Below are positions 33,501 to 49,200 of a stretch of 64,000 nucleotides of DNA, piece after piece. Every line of letters begins with the position of its first letter. The stretch's first letter is position 1. The notes beneath the pieces were generated by a model. That model saw only the letters and a list, made by a program, of their open reading frames with translations. It was not told the DNA's origin and did no database searches. Made by a program: the position numbers and the translations under genes. The stretch comes from Eledone cirrhosa (lineage: Eukaryota), in the NCBI GenBank assembly GCA_964016885.1, contig OZ024741.1, forward strand, positions 374,728,001-374,792,000. Reading direction: 5' to 3'.

Positions 33501-35300
33501 TGACCTATAGCAGCTCTTCTGCCACTCTCTAATATATTAACATACATCACATTATGACCTATCGCAGCTCTTCCACCACTCTCTATTACATTAACATACA
33601 TGACATTAAGAGCTATTGCAGCTCTTCTACCACTCTCTAATATATTAACATACATAACATTAAGACCTATTGCAGCTCTTCTACCACTCTCTAATATATT
33701 AACATACATAACATTATGACCTATCGCAGCTCTTCTGTCACTCTCTGATATATTAACATACATAACATTATGACCTATCCCAGCTCTTCTCCCACTCTCT
33801 AATATATTAACATACATAACATTAAGACCTATTGCAGCTCTTCTACCACTCTCTAATATATTAACATACATAACATTAAGACATATTGCAGCTCTTCTGC
33901 CACTCTCTAATATATTAACATACATAACATTAAGACCTATTGCAGCTCTTCCGCCACTCTCTAATATATTAACATACATAACATTAAGACCTATTGCAGC
34001 TCTTCCGCCACTCTCTAATATATAAACATACATAACATTAAGACCTATTGCAGCTCTTCCACCACTCTCTAATATATTAACATACATAACACTATGACCT
34101 ATCGCAGCTCTTCTCCCACTCTCTAATATATTAACATACATAACATTATGACCTATCGCAGCTCTTCTCCCACGCTCTAATATATTAACATACATAACAC
34201 TATGACCTATCGCAGCTCTTCTCCCACTCTCTAATATATTAACATACATAACACTATGACCTATCGCAGCTCTTCTCCCACTCTCTAATATATTAACATA
34301 CATAACATTATGACCTATCGCAGCTCTTCTCCCACTCTCTAATATATTAACATACATAACATTATGACCTATCGACAGCTCTTCCACCACTCTCTAATAT
34401 ATTAACATACATAACATTATAACCTATCGCAGCTCTTCCACCACTCTCTAATATATTAACATACATAACATTAAGACCTATTGCAGCTCTTCCACCACTC
34501 TCTAATATATTAGTATACATAACATTATGACCTATCGCAGCTCTTCTACCACTCTCTAATATTTTAACATACATAACATTATGACCTATCGCAGCTCTTC
34601 CACCACTCTCTAATATACTAGCATACATAACATTAAGACCTATTGCAGCTCTTCCACCACTCTCTAATATATTAGCATACATAACATTATGACCTATCGC
34701 AGCTCTTCTGCCACTCTCTAATATATTAACATACATAACATTATGACCTATCGCAGCTCTTCTGCCACTCTCTAATATATTAACATACATAACATTATGA
34801 CCTATCGCAGCTCTTCTGCCACTCTCTAATATATTAACATACATAACATTAAGACCTATTGCAGCTCTTCCACCACTCTCTAATATATTAGCATACATAA
34901 CATTATGACCTATCGCAGCTCTTCTACCACTCTCTAATATATTAACATACATAACATTATGATCTATCGCAGCTCTTCTGCCACTCTCTAATATATTAAC
35001 ATACATAACATTAAGACCTATTGCAGCTCTTCCACCACTCTCTAATATATTAGCATACATAACATCATGACCTATCGCAGCTCTTCTGCCACTCTCTAAT
35101 ATATTAACATACATAACATTATGACCTATCGCAGCTCTTCTCCCACTCTCTAATATATTAACATACATAACATTATGACCTATCGCAGCTCTTCGGCCAC
35201 TCTCTAATATATTAACATACATAACATTATGACCTATCGCAGCTCTTCTGCCACTCTCTAATATATTAACATACATAACATTATGACCTATCGCAGCTCT
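17965..35300. repeat. Variable-length higher-order repeat family, at least 5 related units
   Basis: The CTCTATAATA variant at 17965, 22989, 25746, 29312 and 32230 is followed 848 bp later (795 in one copy) by the insertion variant ATCGATAGC at 18813, 23784, 26594, 30160 and 33078. ORFs 26581-27906 and 33065-34390 read the same; the middle copy 30147-30986 is 486 bp (9 monomers) shorter. Confidence 0.85.
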
Positions 35301-38300
35301 TCTGCCACTCTCTATTATATTAACATACATAACATTATGACCTATCGCAGCTCTTCTACCACTCTCTAATATATTAACATACATGACATTATGACCTATC
35401 GCAGCTCTGCCACCACTCTCTAATATATTAACATACATAACATTATGACCTATCGCAGCTCTTCCACCACTCTCTAATATATTAAAATACATGACATTAT
35501 GACCTATCGCAGCTCTTCTACCAGTCTCTAATATATTAACATACATCACATTATGACCTATCGCAGCTCTTCTGCCACTCTCTAATATATTAACATACAT
35601 AACATTATGACCTATAGCAGCTCTTCTGCCACTCTCTAATATATTAACATACATAACATTATGACCTATCGCAGCTCTTCCACCACTCTCTAATATATTA
35701 ACATACATGACATTAAGAGCTATTGCAGCTCTTCTACCACTCTCTAATATATTAACATACATAACATTATGACCTATCGCAGCTCTTCCACCACTCTCTA
35801 ATATATTAACATACATGACATTAAGAGCTAATGCAGCTCTTCTACCACTCTCTAATATATTAACATACATAACATTAAGACCTATTGCAGCTCTACCACC
35901 ACTCTCTAATATATTAACATACATAACATTATGACCTATCGCAGCTCTTCCACCACTCTCTAATATATTAACATACATGACATTAAGAGCTATTGCAGCT
36001 CTTCTACCACTCTCTAATATATTAACATACATAACATTATGACCTATCGCAGCTCTTCTGTCACTCTCTAATATATTAACATACATAACATTATGACCTA
36101 TCCCAGCTCTTCTCCCACTCTCTAATATATTAACATACATAACATTAAGACCTATTGCAGCTCTTCTACCACTCTCTAATATATTAACATACATAACATT
36201 AAGACCTATTGCAGCTCTTCTGCCACTCTCTAATATATTAACATACATAACATTAAGACCTATTGCAGCTCTTCCGCCACTCTCTAATATATTAACATAC
36301 ATAACATTAAGACCTATTGCAGCTCTTCCGCCACTCTCTAATATATAAACATACATAACATTAAGACCTATTGCAGCTCTTCCACCACTCTCTAATATAT
36401 TAACATACATAACACTATGACCTATCGCAGCTCTTCTCCCACTCTCTAATATATTAACATACATAACATTATGACCTATCGCAGCTCTTCTCCCACTCTC
36501 TAATATATTAACATACATAACACTATGACCTATCGCAGCTCTTCTCCCACTCTCTAATATATTAACATACATAACACTATGACCTATCGCAGCTCTTCTC
36601 CCACTCTCTAATATATTAACATACATAACATTATGACCTATCGCAGCTCTTCGCCCACTCTCTAATATATTAACATACATAACATTATGACCTATCGCAG
36701 CTCTTCTCCCACTCTCTAATATATCAACATACATAACATTATGACCTATCGCAGCTCTTCCACCACTCTCTAATATATTAACATACATAACATTAAGACT
36801 TATTGCAGCTCTTCCACCATTCTCTAATGTATTAACATACATAACACTATGACCTATCGCAGCTCTTCTCCCACTCTCTAATATATTAACATACATAACA
36901 TTATGACCTATCGCAGCTCTTCCACCACTCTCTAATATATTAGCATACATAACATTATGACCTATCGCAGCTCTTCTACCACTCTCTAATATATTAACAT
37001 ACATGACATTATGACCTATCGACAGCTCTTCCACCACTCTCTAATATATTAACATACATAACATTATGACCTATCGCAGCTCTTCCACCACTCTCTAATA
37101 TATTAACATACATAACATTAAGACCTATTGCAGCTCTTCCACCACTCTCTAATATATTAGTATACATAACATTATGACCTATCGCAGCTCTTCTACCACT
37201 CTCTAATATTTTAACATACATAACATTATGACCTATCGCAGCTCTTCCACCACTCTCTAATATATTAGCATACATAACATTAAGACCTATTGCAGCTCTT
37301 CCACCACTCTCTAATATATTAGTATACATAACATTATGACCTATCGCAGCTCTTCTGCCACTCTCTAATATATTAACATACATAACATTATGACCTATCG
37401 CAGCTCTTCTGCCACTCTCTAATATATTAACATACATAACATTAAGACCTATTGCAGCTCTTCTGCCACTCTCTAATATATTAACATACATGACATTATG
37501 ACCTATCGCAGCTCTTCTGCCACTCTCTAATATATTAACATACATAACATTATGACCTATCGCAGCTCTTCTGCCACTCTCTAATATATTAACATACATA
37601 ACATTAAGACCTATTGCAGCTCTTCCACCACTCTCTAATATATTAGCATACATAACATTATGACCTATCGCAGCTCTTCTGCCACTCTCTATTATATTAA
37701 CATACATAACATTATGACCTATCGCAGCTCTTCTACCACTCTCTAATATATTAACATACATGACATTAAGAGCTATTGCAGCTCTTCTACCACTCTCTAA
37801 TATATTAACATACATAACATTAAGACCTATTGCAGCTCTTCTACCACTCTCTAATATATTAACATACATAACATTATGACCTATCGCAGCTCTTCTGTCA
37901 CTCTCTAATATATTAACATACATAACATTATGACCTATCGCAGCTCTTCTCCCACTCTCTAATATATTAACATACATAACATTAAGACCTATTGCAGCTC
38001 TTCTACCACTCTCTAATATATTAACATACATAACATTAAGACCTATTGCAGCTCTTCTGCCACTCTCTAATATATTAACATACATAACATTAAGACCTAT
38101 TGCAGCTCTTCCGCCACTCTCTAATATATTAACATACATAACATTAAGACCTATTGCAGCTCTTCCACCACTCTCTAATATATTAACATACACAACATTA
38201 AGACCTATTGCAGCTCTTCCACCACTCTCTAATATATTAACATACATAACACTATGACCTATCGCAGCTCTTCTCCCACTCTCTAATATATTAACATACA

Positions 38301-40259
38301 TAACATTATGACCTATCGCAGCTCTTCTCCCACTCTCTAGTATATTAACATACATAACACTATGACCTATCGCAGTTCTTCTCCCACTCTCTAATATATT
38401 AACATACATAACACTATGACCTATCGCAGCTCTTCTCCCACTCTCTAATATATTAACATACATAACACTATGACCTATCGCAGCTCTTCTCCCACTCTCT
38501 AATATATTAACATACATAACATTAAGACCTATTAGAGCTCTTCCACCACTCTCTAATATATTAACATACATAACATTAAGACCTATTGAAGCTCTTCCAC
38601 CACTCTCTAATATATTAACATACATAACACTATGACCTATCGCAGCTCTTCTCCCACTCTCTAATATATTAACATACATAACATTATGACCTATCGCAGC
38701 TCTTCCACCACTCTCTAATATATTAGCATACATAACATTATGACCTATCGCAGCTCTTCTACCACTCTCTAATATATTAACATACATGACATTATGACCT
38801 ATCGACAGCTCTTCCACCACTCTCTAATATATTAACATACATAACATTATGACCTATTGCAGCTCTTCCACCACTCTCTAATATATTAGTATACATAACA
38901 TTATGACCTATCGCAGCTCTTCTACCACTCTCTAATATATTAACATACATAACATTATGACCTATCGCAGCTCTTCCACCACTCTCTAATATACTAGCAT
39001 ACATAACATTAAGACCTATTGCAGCTCTTCCACCACTCTCTAATATATTAGCATACATAACATTATGACCTATCGCAGCTCTTCTGCCACTCTCTAATAT
39101 ATTAACATACATAACATTAAGACCTATTGCAGCTCTTCCACCACTCTCTTATATATTAGCATACATAACATTATGACCTATCGCAGCTCTTCTACCACTC
39201 TCTAATATATTAACATACATAACATTATGATCTATCGCAGCTCTTCTGCCACTCTCTAATATATTAACATACATAACATTATGACCTATTGCAGCTCTTC
39301 CACCACTCTCTAATATATTAGCATACATAGCATCATGACCTATCGCAGCTCTTCTGCCACTCTCTAATATATTAACATACATAACATTATGACCTATCGC
39401 AGCTCTTCTCCCACTCTCTAATCTATTAACATACATAACATTATGACCTATCGCAGCTCTTCTGCCACTCTCTAATATATTAACATACATAACATTATGA
39501 CCTATCGCAGCTCTTCTACCACTCTCTAATATATTAACATACATAACATTATGACCTATCGCAGCTCTTCCTCCACTCTCTAATATATTAACATACATCA
39601 CATTATGACCTATCGCAGCTCTTCCACCACTCTCTAATATATTAACATACATAACACTATGACCTATCGCAGTTCTTCTCCCACTCTCTAATATATTAAC
39701 ATACATAACACTATGACCTATCGCAGCTCTTCTCCCACTCTCTAATATATTAACATACATAACACTATGACCTATCGCAGCTCTTCTCCCACTCTCTAAT
39801 ATATTAACATACATAACATTATGACCTATCGCAGCTCTTCTCCCACTCTCTAATATATTAACATACATAACATTATGACCTATCGCAGCTCTTCCACCAC
39901 TCTCTAATATATTAACATACATAACATTAAGACATATCGCAGCTCTTCTGCCACTCTCTAATATATTAACATACATAACATTAAGACCTATTGCAGCTCT
40001 TCCACCACTCTCTAATATATTAACATACATAACATTAAGACCTATTGCAGCTCTTCCACCACTCTCTAATATATTAACATACATAACACTATGACCTATC
40101 GCACCTCTTCTCCCACTCTCTAATATATTAACATACATAACATTATGACCTATCGCAGCTCTTCCACCACTCTCTAATATATTAGCATACATAACATTAT
40201 GACCTATCGCAGCTCTTCTACCACTCTCTAATATATTAACATACATGACATTATGACCT

Positions 40260-43200
40260 ATCGACAGCTCTTCCACCACTCTCTAATATATTAACATACA
40301 TAACATTATGACCTATCGCAGCTCTTCCACCACTCTCAATATATTAACATACATAACATTAAGACCTATTGCAGCTCTTCCACCACTCTCTAATATATTA
40401 GTATACATAACATTATGACCTATCGCAGCTCTTCTACCACTCTCTAATATATTAACATACATAACATTATGACCTATCGCAGCTCTTCCATCACTCTCTA
40501 ATATACTAGCATACATAACATTAAGACCTATTGCAGCTCTTCCACCACTCTCTAATATATTAGCATACATAACATTATGACCTATCGCAGCTCTTCTGCC
40601 ACTCTCTAATATATTAACATACATAACATTAAGACCTATTGCAGCTCTTCCACCACTCTCTTATATATTAGCATACATAACATTATGACCTATCGCAGCT
40701 CTTCTACCACTCTCTAATATATTAACATACATAACATTATGATCTATCGCAGCTCTTCTGCCACTCTCTAATATATTAACATACATAACATTATGACCTA
40801 CTGCAGCTCTTCCACCACTCTCTAATATATTAGCATACATAGCATCATGACCTATCGCAGCTCTTCTGCCACTCTCTAATATATTAACATACATAACATT
40901 ATGACCTATCGCAGCTCTTCTACCACACTCTAATATATTAACATACATAACATTATGACCTATCGCAGCTCTTCCACCACTCTCTAATATATTAACATAC
41001 ATCACATTATGACCTATCGCAGCTCTTCCACCACTCTCTAATATATTAACATACATAACATTATGACCTCTCGCAGCTCTTCTACCACTCTCTAATATAT
41101 TAACATACATAACATTATGACCTATCGCAGCTCTTCTACCACTCTCTAATATATTAACATACATAACATTATGACCTATCGCAGCTCTTCCACCACAGTC
41201 TAATATATTAACATACATCACATTATGACCTATCGCAGCTCTTTTACCACTCTCTAATATATTAACATACATAACATTATGACCTCTCGCAGCTCTTCTA
41301 CCACTCTCTAATATATTAACATACACAACATTATGACCTATCGCAGCTCTTCCACCACTCTCTAATATATTAACATACATAACATTATGACGTATCGCAG
41401 CTCTTCCACCACTCTCTAATATATTAACATACATCACATTATGACCTATCGCAGCTCTTCTACCACTCTCTAATATATTAACATACATAACATTATGACC
41501 TATCGCAGCTTTTTTACCACTCTCTAATATATTAACATACATAACATTATGACCTCTCGTAGCTCTTCTACCACTCTCTAATATATTAACATACATAACA
41601 TTATGACCTATTGCAGCTCTTCCACCACTCTCTAATATATTAGCATACATAACATCATGACCTATCGCAGCTCTTCTGCCACTCTCTAATATATTAAGAT
41701 ACATAACATTATGACCTATCGCAGCTCTTCTCCCACTCTCTAATATATTAACATACATAACATTATGACCTATCGCAGCTCTTCTGCCACTCTCTAATAT
41801 ATTAACATACATAACATTATGACCTATCGCAGCTCTTCCACCACTCTCTAATATATTAAAATACATGACATTATGACCTATCGACAGCTCTTCCACCACT
41901 CTCTAATATATTAAAGTACATAACATTATGACCTATCGCAGCTCTTCTCCCACTCTCTAATATATTAAGATACATAACATTATGACCTATCGCAGCTCTT
42001 CCACCACTCTCTAATATATTAACATACATAACATTATGACCTATCGCAGCTCTTCTTCCACTCTCTAACATATTAGCATACATAACATTATGACCTATCG
42101 CAGCTCTTCTACCACTCTCTAATATATTATCATACATGACATTATGACGTATTGCAGCTCTTCCACCACTCTCTAATATATTAACATACATATCATTATG
42201 ACCTATCGCAGCTCTTCTGCCACTCTCTAATATATTAACATACATAACATTATGACCTATCGCAGCTCTTCTGCCAGTCTCTAATATATTAACATACATA
42301 ACATTAAGACCTATTGCAGCTCTTCTACCACTCTCTAATATATTAACATACATAACATTATGACGTATCGCAGCTCTTCCACCACTCTCTAATATATTAA
42401 CATACGTAACATTATGACCTATCGCAGCTCTTCTACCACTCTCTAATATATTAACATACATGACATTAAGACCCATTGCAGCTCTTCTAACACTCTCTAA
42501 TATATTAACATACATAACATTAAGACCTATTGCAGCTCTTCTACCACTCTCTAATATATTAACATACTTAACATTAAGACCTATTGCAACTCTTCTACCA
42601 CTCTCTAATATATTAACATACATAACATTATGACCTATTGCAGCTCTTCCACCACTCTCTAATATATTAACATACATAACATTATGACCTATTGCAGCTC
42701 TTCCACCACTCTCTAATATATTAACATACATAACATTAAGACCTATTGCAGCTCTTCTACCACTCTCTAATATATTAACATACATAACATTAAGACCTAT
42801 TGCAGCTCTTCTGCCACTCTCTAATATATTAACATACATAACATTAAGACCTATTGCAGCTCTTCCACCACTCTCTAATATATTAACATACATAACATTA
42901 AGACCTATTGCAGCTCTTCCACCACTCTCTAATATATTAACATACATAACATTAAGACCTATTGCAGCTCTTCTGCCACTCTCTGATATATTAACATACA
43001 TAACATTAAGACCTATTGCAGCTCTTCCACCACTCTCTAATATATTAACATACATAACATTATGACCTATCGCAGCTCTTCTGTCACTCTCTAATATATT
43101 AACATACATAACATTATGACCTATCGCAGCTCTTCTGGCACTCTCTAATATATTAACATACATAACATTATGACCTATCGCAGCTCTTCTCCCACTCTCT

Positions 43201-46200
43201 AATATATTAACATACATAACATTAAGACCTATTGCAGCTCTTCTACCAGTCTCTAATATATTAACATACATAACATTAAGACCTATTGCAGCTCTTCTGC
43301 CACTCTCTAATATATTAACATACATAACATTAAGACCTATTGCAGCTCTTCCACCACTCTCTAATATATTAACATGCATAACATTAAGACCTATTGCAGC
43401 TCTTCTACCACTCTCTAATATATTAACATACATAACATTATGACCTATCGCAGCTCTTCCACCACTCTCTAATATATTAACATACGTAACATTATGACCT
43501 ATCGCAGCTCTTCTACCACTCTCTAATATATTAACATACATGACATTAAGACCCATTGCAGCTCTTCTAACACTCTCTAATATATTAACATACATAACAT
43601 TAAGACCTATTGCAGCTCTTCTACCACTCTCTAATATATTAACATACTTAACATTAAGACCTATTGCAACTCTTCTACCACTCTCTAATATATTAACATA
43701 CATAACATTATGACCTATTGCAGCTCTTCCACCACTCTCTAATATATTAACATACATAACATTATGACCTATTGCAGCTCTTCCACCACTCTCTAATATA
43801 TTAACATACATAACATTAAGACCTATTGCAGCTCTTCTACCACTCTCTAATATATTAACATACATAACATTAAGACCTATTGCAGCTCTTCTGCCACTCT
43901 CTAATATATTAACATACATAACATTAAGACCTATTGCAGCTCTTCCACCACTCTCTAATATATTAACATACATAACATTAAGACCTATTGCAGCTCTTCC
44001 ACCACTCTCTAATATATTAACATACATAACATTAAGACCTATTGCAGCTCTTCTGCCACTCTCTAATATATTAACATACATAACATTAAGACCTATTGCA
44101 GCTCTTCCACCACTCTCTAATATATTAACATACATAACATTATGACCTATCGCAGCTCTTCTGTCACTCTCTAATATATTAACATACATAACATTATGAC
44201 CTATCGCAGCTCTTCTGTCACTCTCTAATATATTAACATACATAACATTATGACCTATCGCAGCTCTTCTCCCACTCTCTAATATATTAACATACATAAC
44301 ATTAAGACCTATTGCAGCTCTTCTACCACTCTCTAATATATTAACATACATAACATTAAGACCTATTGCAGCTCTTCTGCCACTCTCTAATATATTAACA
44401 TACATAACATCAAGACCTATTGCAGCTCTTCCACCACTCTCTAATATATTAACATGCATAACATTAAGACCTATTGCAGCTCTTCCACCACTCTCTAATA
44501 TATTAACATACATAACATTATGACCTATCGCAGCTCTTCTGTCACTCTTTAATATATTAACATACATAACATTATGACCTATCGCAGCTCTTCCACCACT
44601 CTCTAATATATTAGCATACATAACATTATGACCTATCGCAGCTCTTCTCCCACTCTCTAATATATTAACATACATAACATTATGACCTATCGCAGCTCTT
44701 CTGCCACTCTCTAATATATTAACATACATAACATTAAGACCTATTGCAGCTCTTCCACCACTCTCTAATATATTAACATACATAACATTAAGACCTATTG
44801 CAGCTCTTCCACCACTCTCTAATATATTAACATACATAACACTATGACCTATCGCAGCTCTTCTCCCACTCTCTAATATATTAACATACATAACATTATG
44901 ACCTATCGCAGCTCTTCTCCCACTCTCTAATATATTAACATACATAACATTAAGACCTATTGCAGCTCTTCTGCCACTCTCTAATATATTAACATACATA
45001 ACATTAAGACCTATTGCAGCTCTTCCACCACTCTCTAATATATTAACATACATAACATTAAGACCTATTGCAGCTCTTCCACCACTCTCTAATATATTAA
45101 CATACATAACATTAAGACCTATTGCAGCTCTTCTGCCACTCTCTAATATATTAACATACATAACATTAAGACCTATTGCAGCTCTTCCACCACTCTCTAA
45201 TATATTAACATACATAACATTATGACCTATCGCAGCTCTTCTGTCACTCTCTAATATATTAACATACATAACATTATGACCTATCGCAGCTCTTCTACCA
45301 CTCTCTAATATATTAACATACATGACATTATGACCTATCGACAGCTCTTCCACCACTCTCTAATATATTAACATACATAACATTATGACCTATCGCAGCT
45401 CTTCCACCACTCTCAATATATTAACATACATAACATTAAGACCTATTGCAGCTCTTCCACCACTCTCTAATATATTAGTATACATAACATTATGACCTAT
45501 CGCAGCTCTTCTACCACTCTCTAATATACTAACATACATAACATTATGACCTATCGCAGCTCTTCCATCACTCTCTAATATACTAGCATACATAACATTA
45601 AGACCTATTGCAGCTCTTCCACCACTCTCTAATATATTAGCATACATAACATTATGACCTATCGCAGCTCTTCTGCCACTCTCTAATATATTAACATACA
45701 TAACATTAAGACCTATTGCAGCTCTTCCACCACTCTCTTATATATTAGCATACATAACATTATGACCTATCGCAGCTCTTCTACCACTCTCTAATATATT
45801 AACATACATAACATTATGATCTATCGCAGCTCTTCTGCCACTCTCTAATATATTAACATACATAACATTATGACCTATTGCAGCTCTTCCACCACTCTCT
45901 AATATATTAGCATACATAGCATCATGACCTATCGCAGCTCTTCTGCCACTCTCTAATATATTAACATACATAACATTATGACCTATCGCAGCTCTTCTCC
46001 CACTCTCTAATATATTAACATACATAACATTATGACCTATCGCAGCTCTTCCACCACTCTCTAATATATTAACATACATAACATTATGACCAATTGCAGC
46101 TCTTCCGCCACTCTCTAATATATTAACATACATCACATTATGACCTATCGCAGCTCCTCCACCACTCTCTAATATATTAACATACATAACATTATGACCT

Positions 46201-49200
46201 ATCGCAGCTCTTCTACCACTCTCTAATATATTAACATACATAACATTATGACCTGTCGCAGCTCTTCTACCACACTCTAATATATTAACATACATAACAT
46301 TATGACCTATCGCAGCTCTTCCACCACTCTCTAATATATTAACATACATCACATTATGACCTATCGCAGCTCTTCCACCACTCTCTAATATATTAACATA
46401 CATAACATTATGACCTCTCGCAGCTCTTCTACCACTCTCTAATATATTAACATACATAACATTATGACCTATCGCAGCTCTTCTACCACTCTCTAATATA
46501 TTAACATACATAACATTATGACCTATCGCAGCTCTTCCACCACTCTCTAATATATTAACATACATCACATTATGACCTATCGCAGCTCTTTTACCACTCT
46601 CTAATATATTAACATACATAACATTATGACCTCTCGCAGCTCTTCTACCACTCTCTAATATATTAACATACACAACATTATGACCTATCGCAGCTCTTCC
46701 ACCACTCTCTAATATATTAACATACATAACATTATGACGTATCGCAGCTCTTCCACCACTCTCTAATATATTAACATACATCACATTATGACCTATCGCA
46801 GCTCTTCTACCACTCTCTAATATATTAACATACATAACATTATGACCTATCGCAGCTTTTTTACCACTCTCTAATATATTAACATACATAACATTATGAC
46901 CTCTCGTAGCTCTTCTACCACTCTCTAATATATTAACATACATAACATTATGACCTATTGCAGCTCTTCCACCACTCTCTAATATATTAGCATACATAAC
47001 ATCATGACCTATCGCAGCTCTTCTGCCACTCTCTAATATATTAAGATACATAACATTATGACCTATCGCAGCTCTTCTCCCACTCTCTAATATATTAACA
47101 TACATAACATTATGACCTATCGCAGCTCTTCTGCCACTCTCTAATATATTAACATACATAACATTATGACCTATCGCAGCTCTTCCACCACTCTCTAATA
47201 TATTAAAATACATGACATTATGACCTATCGACAGCTCTTCCACCACTCTCTAATATATTAAAGTACATAACATTATGACCTATCGCAGCTCTTCTCCCAC
47301 TCTCTAATATATTAAGATACATAACATTATGACCTATCGCAGCTCTTCCACCACTCTCTAATATATTAACATACATAACATTATGACCTATCGCAGCTCT
47401 TCTTCCACTCTCTAACATATTAGCATACATAACATTATGACCTATCGCAGCTCTTCTACCACTCTCTAATATATTATCATACATGACATTATGACGTATT
47501 GCAGCTCTTCCACCACTCTCTAATATATTAACATACATATCATTATGACCTATCGCAGCTCTTCTGCCACTCTCTAATATATTAACATACATAACATTAT
47601 GACCTATCGCAGCTCTTCTGCCAGTCTCTAATATATTAACATACATAACATTAAGACCTATTGCAGCTCTTCTACCACTCTCTAATATATTAACATACAT
47701 AACATTATGACGTATCGCAGCTCTTCCACCACTCTCTAATATATTAACATACGTAACATTATGACCTATCGCAGCTCTTCTACCACTCTCTAATATATTA
47801 ACATACATGACATTAAGACCCATTGCAGCTCTTCTAACACTCTCTAATATATTAACATACATAACATTAAGACCTATTGCAGCTCTTCTACCACTCTCTA
47901 ATATATTAACATACTTAACATTAAGACCTATTGCAACTCTTCTACCACTCTCTAATATATTAACATACATAACATTATGACCTATTGCAGCTCTTCCACC
48001 ACTCTCTAATATATTAACATACATAACATTATGACCTATTGCAGCTCTTCCACCACTCTCTAATATATTAACATACATAACATTAAGACCTATTGCAGCT
48101 CTTCTACCACTCTCTAATATATTAACATACATAACATTAAGACCTATTGCAGCTCTTCTGCCACTCTCTAATATATTAACATACATAACATTAAGACCTA
48201 TTGCAGCTCTTCCACCACTCTCTAATATATTAACATACATAACATTAAGACCTATTGCAGCTCTTCCACCACTCTCTAATATATTAACATACATAACATT
48301 AAGACCTATTGCAGCTCTTCTGCCACTCTCTGATATATTAACATACATAACATTAAGACCTATTGCAGCTCTTCCACCACTCTCTAATATATTAACATAC
48401 ATAACATTATGACCTATCGCAGCTCTTCTGTCACTCTCTAATATATTAACATACATAACATTATGACCTATCGCAGCTCTTCTGGCACTCTCTAATATAT
48501 TAACATACATAACATTATGACCTATCGCAGCTCTTCTCCCACTCTCTAATATATTAACATACATAACATTAAGACCTATTGCAGCTCTTCTACCAGTCTC
48601 TAATATATTAACATACATAACATTAAGACCTATTGCAGCTCTTCTGCCACTCTCTAATATATTAACATACATAACATTAAGACCTATTGCAGCTCTTCCA
48701 CCACTCTCTAATATATTAACATGCATAACATTAAGACCTATTGCAGCTCTTCTACCACTCTCTAATATATTAACATACATAACATTATGACCTATCGCAG
48801 CTCTTCCACCACTCTCTAATATATTAACATACGTAACATTATGACCTATCGCAGCTCTTCTACCACTCTCTAATATATTAACATACATGACATTAAGACC
48901 CATTGCAGCTCTTCTAACACTCTCTAATATATTAACATACATAACATTAAGACCTATTGCAGCTCTTCTACCACTCTCTAATATATTAACATACTTAACA
49001 TTAAGACCTATTGCAACTCTTCTACCACTCTCTAATATATTAACATACATAACATTATGACCTATTGCAGCTCTTCCACCACTCTCTAATATATTAACAT
49101 ACATAACATTATGACCTATTGCAGCTCTTCCACCACTCTCTAATATATTAACATACATAACATTAAGACCTATTGCAGCTCTTCTACCACTCTCTAATAT

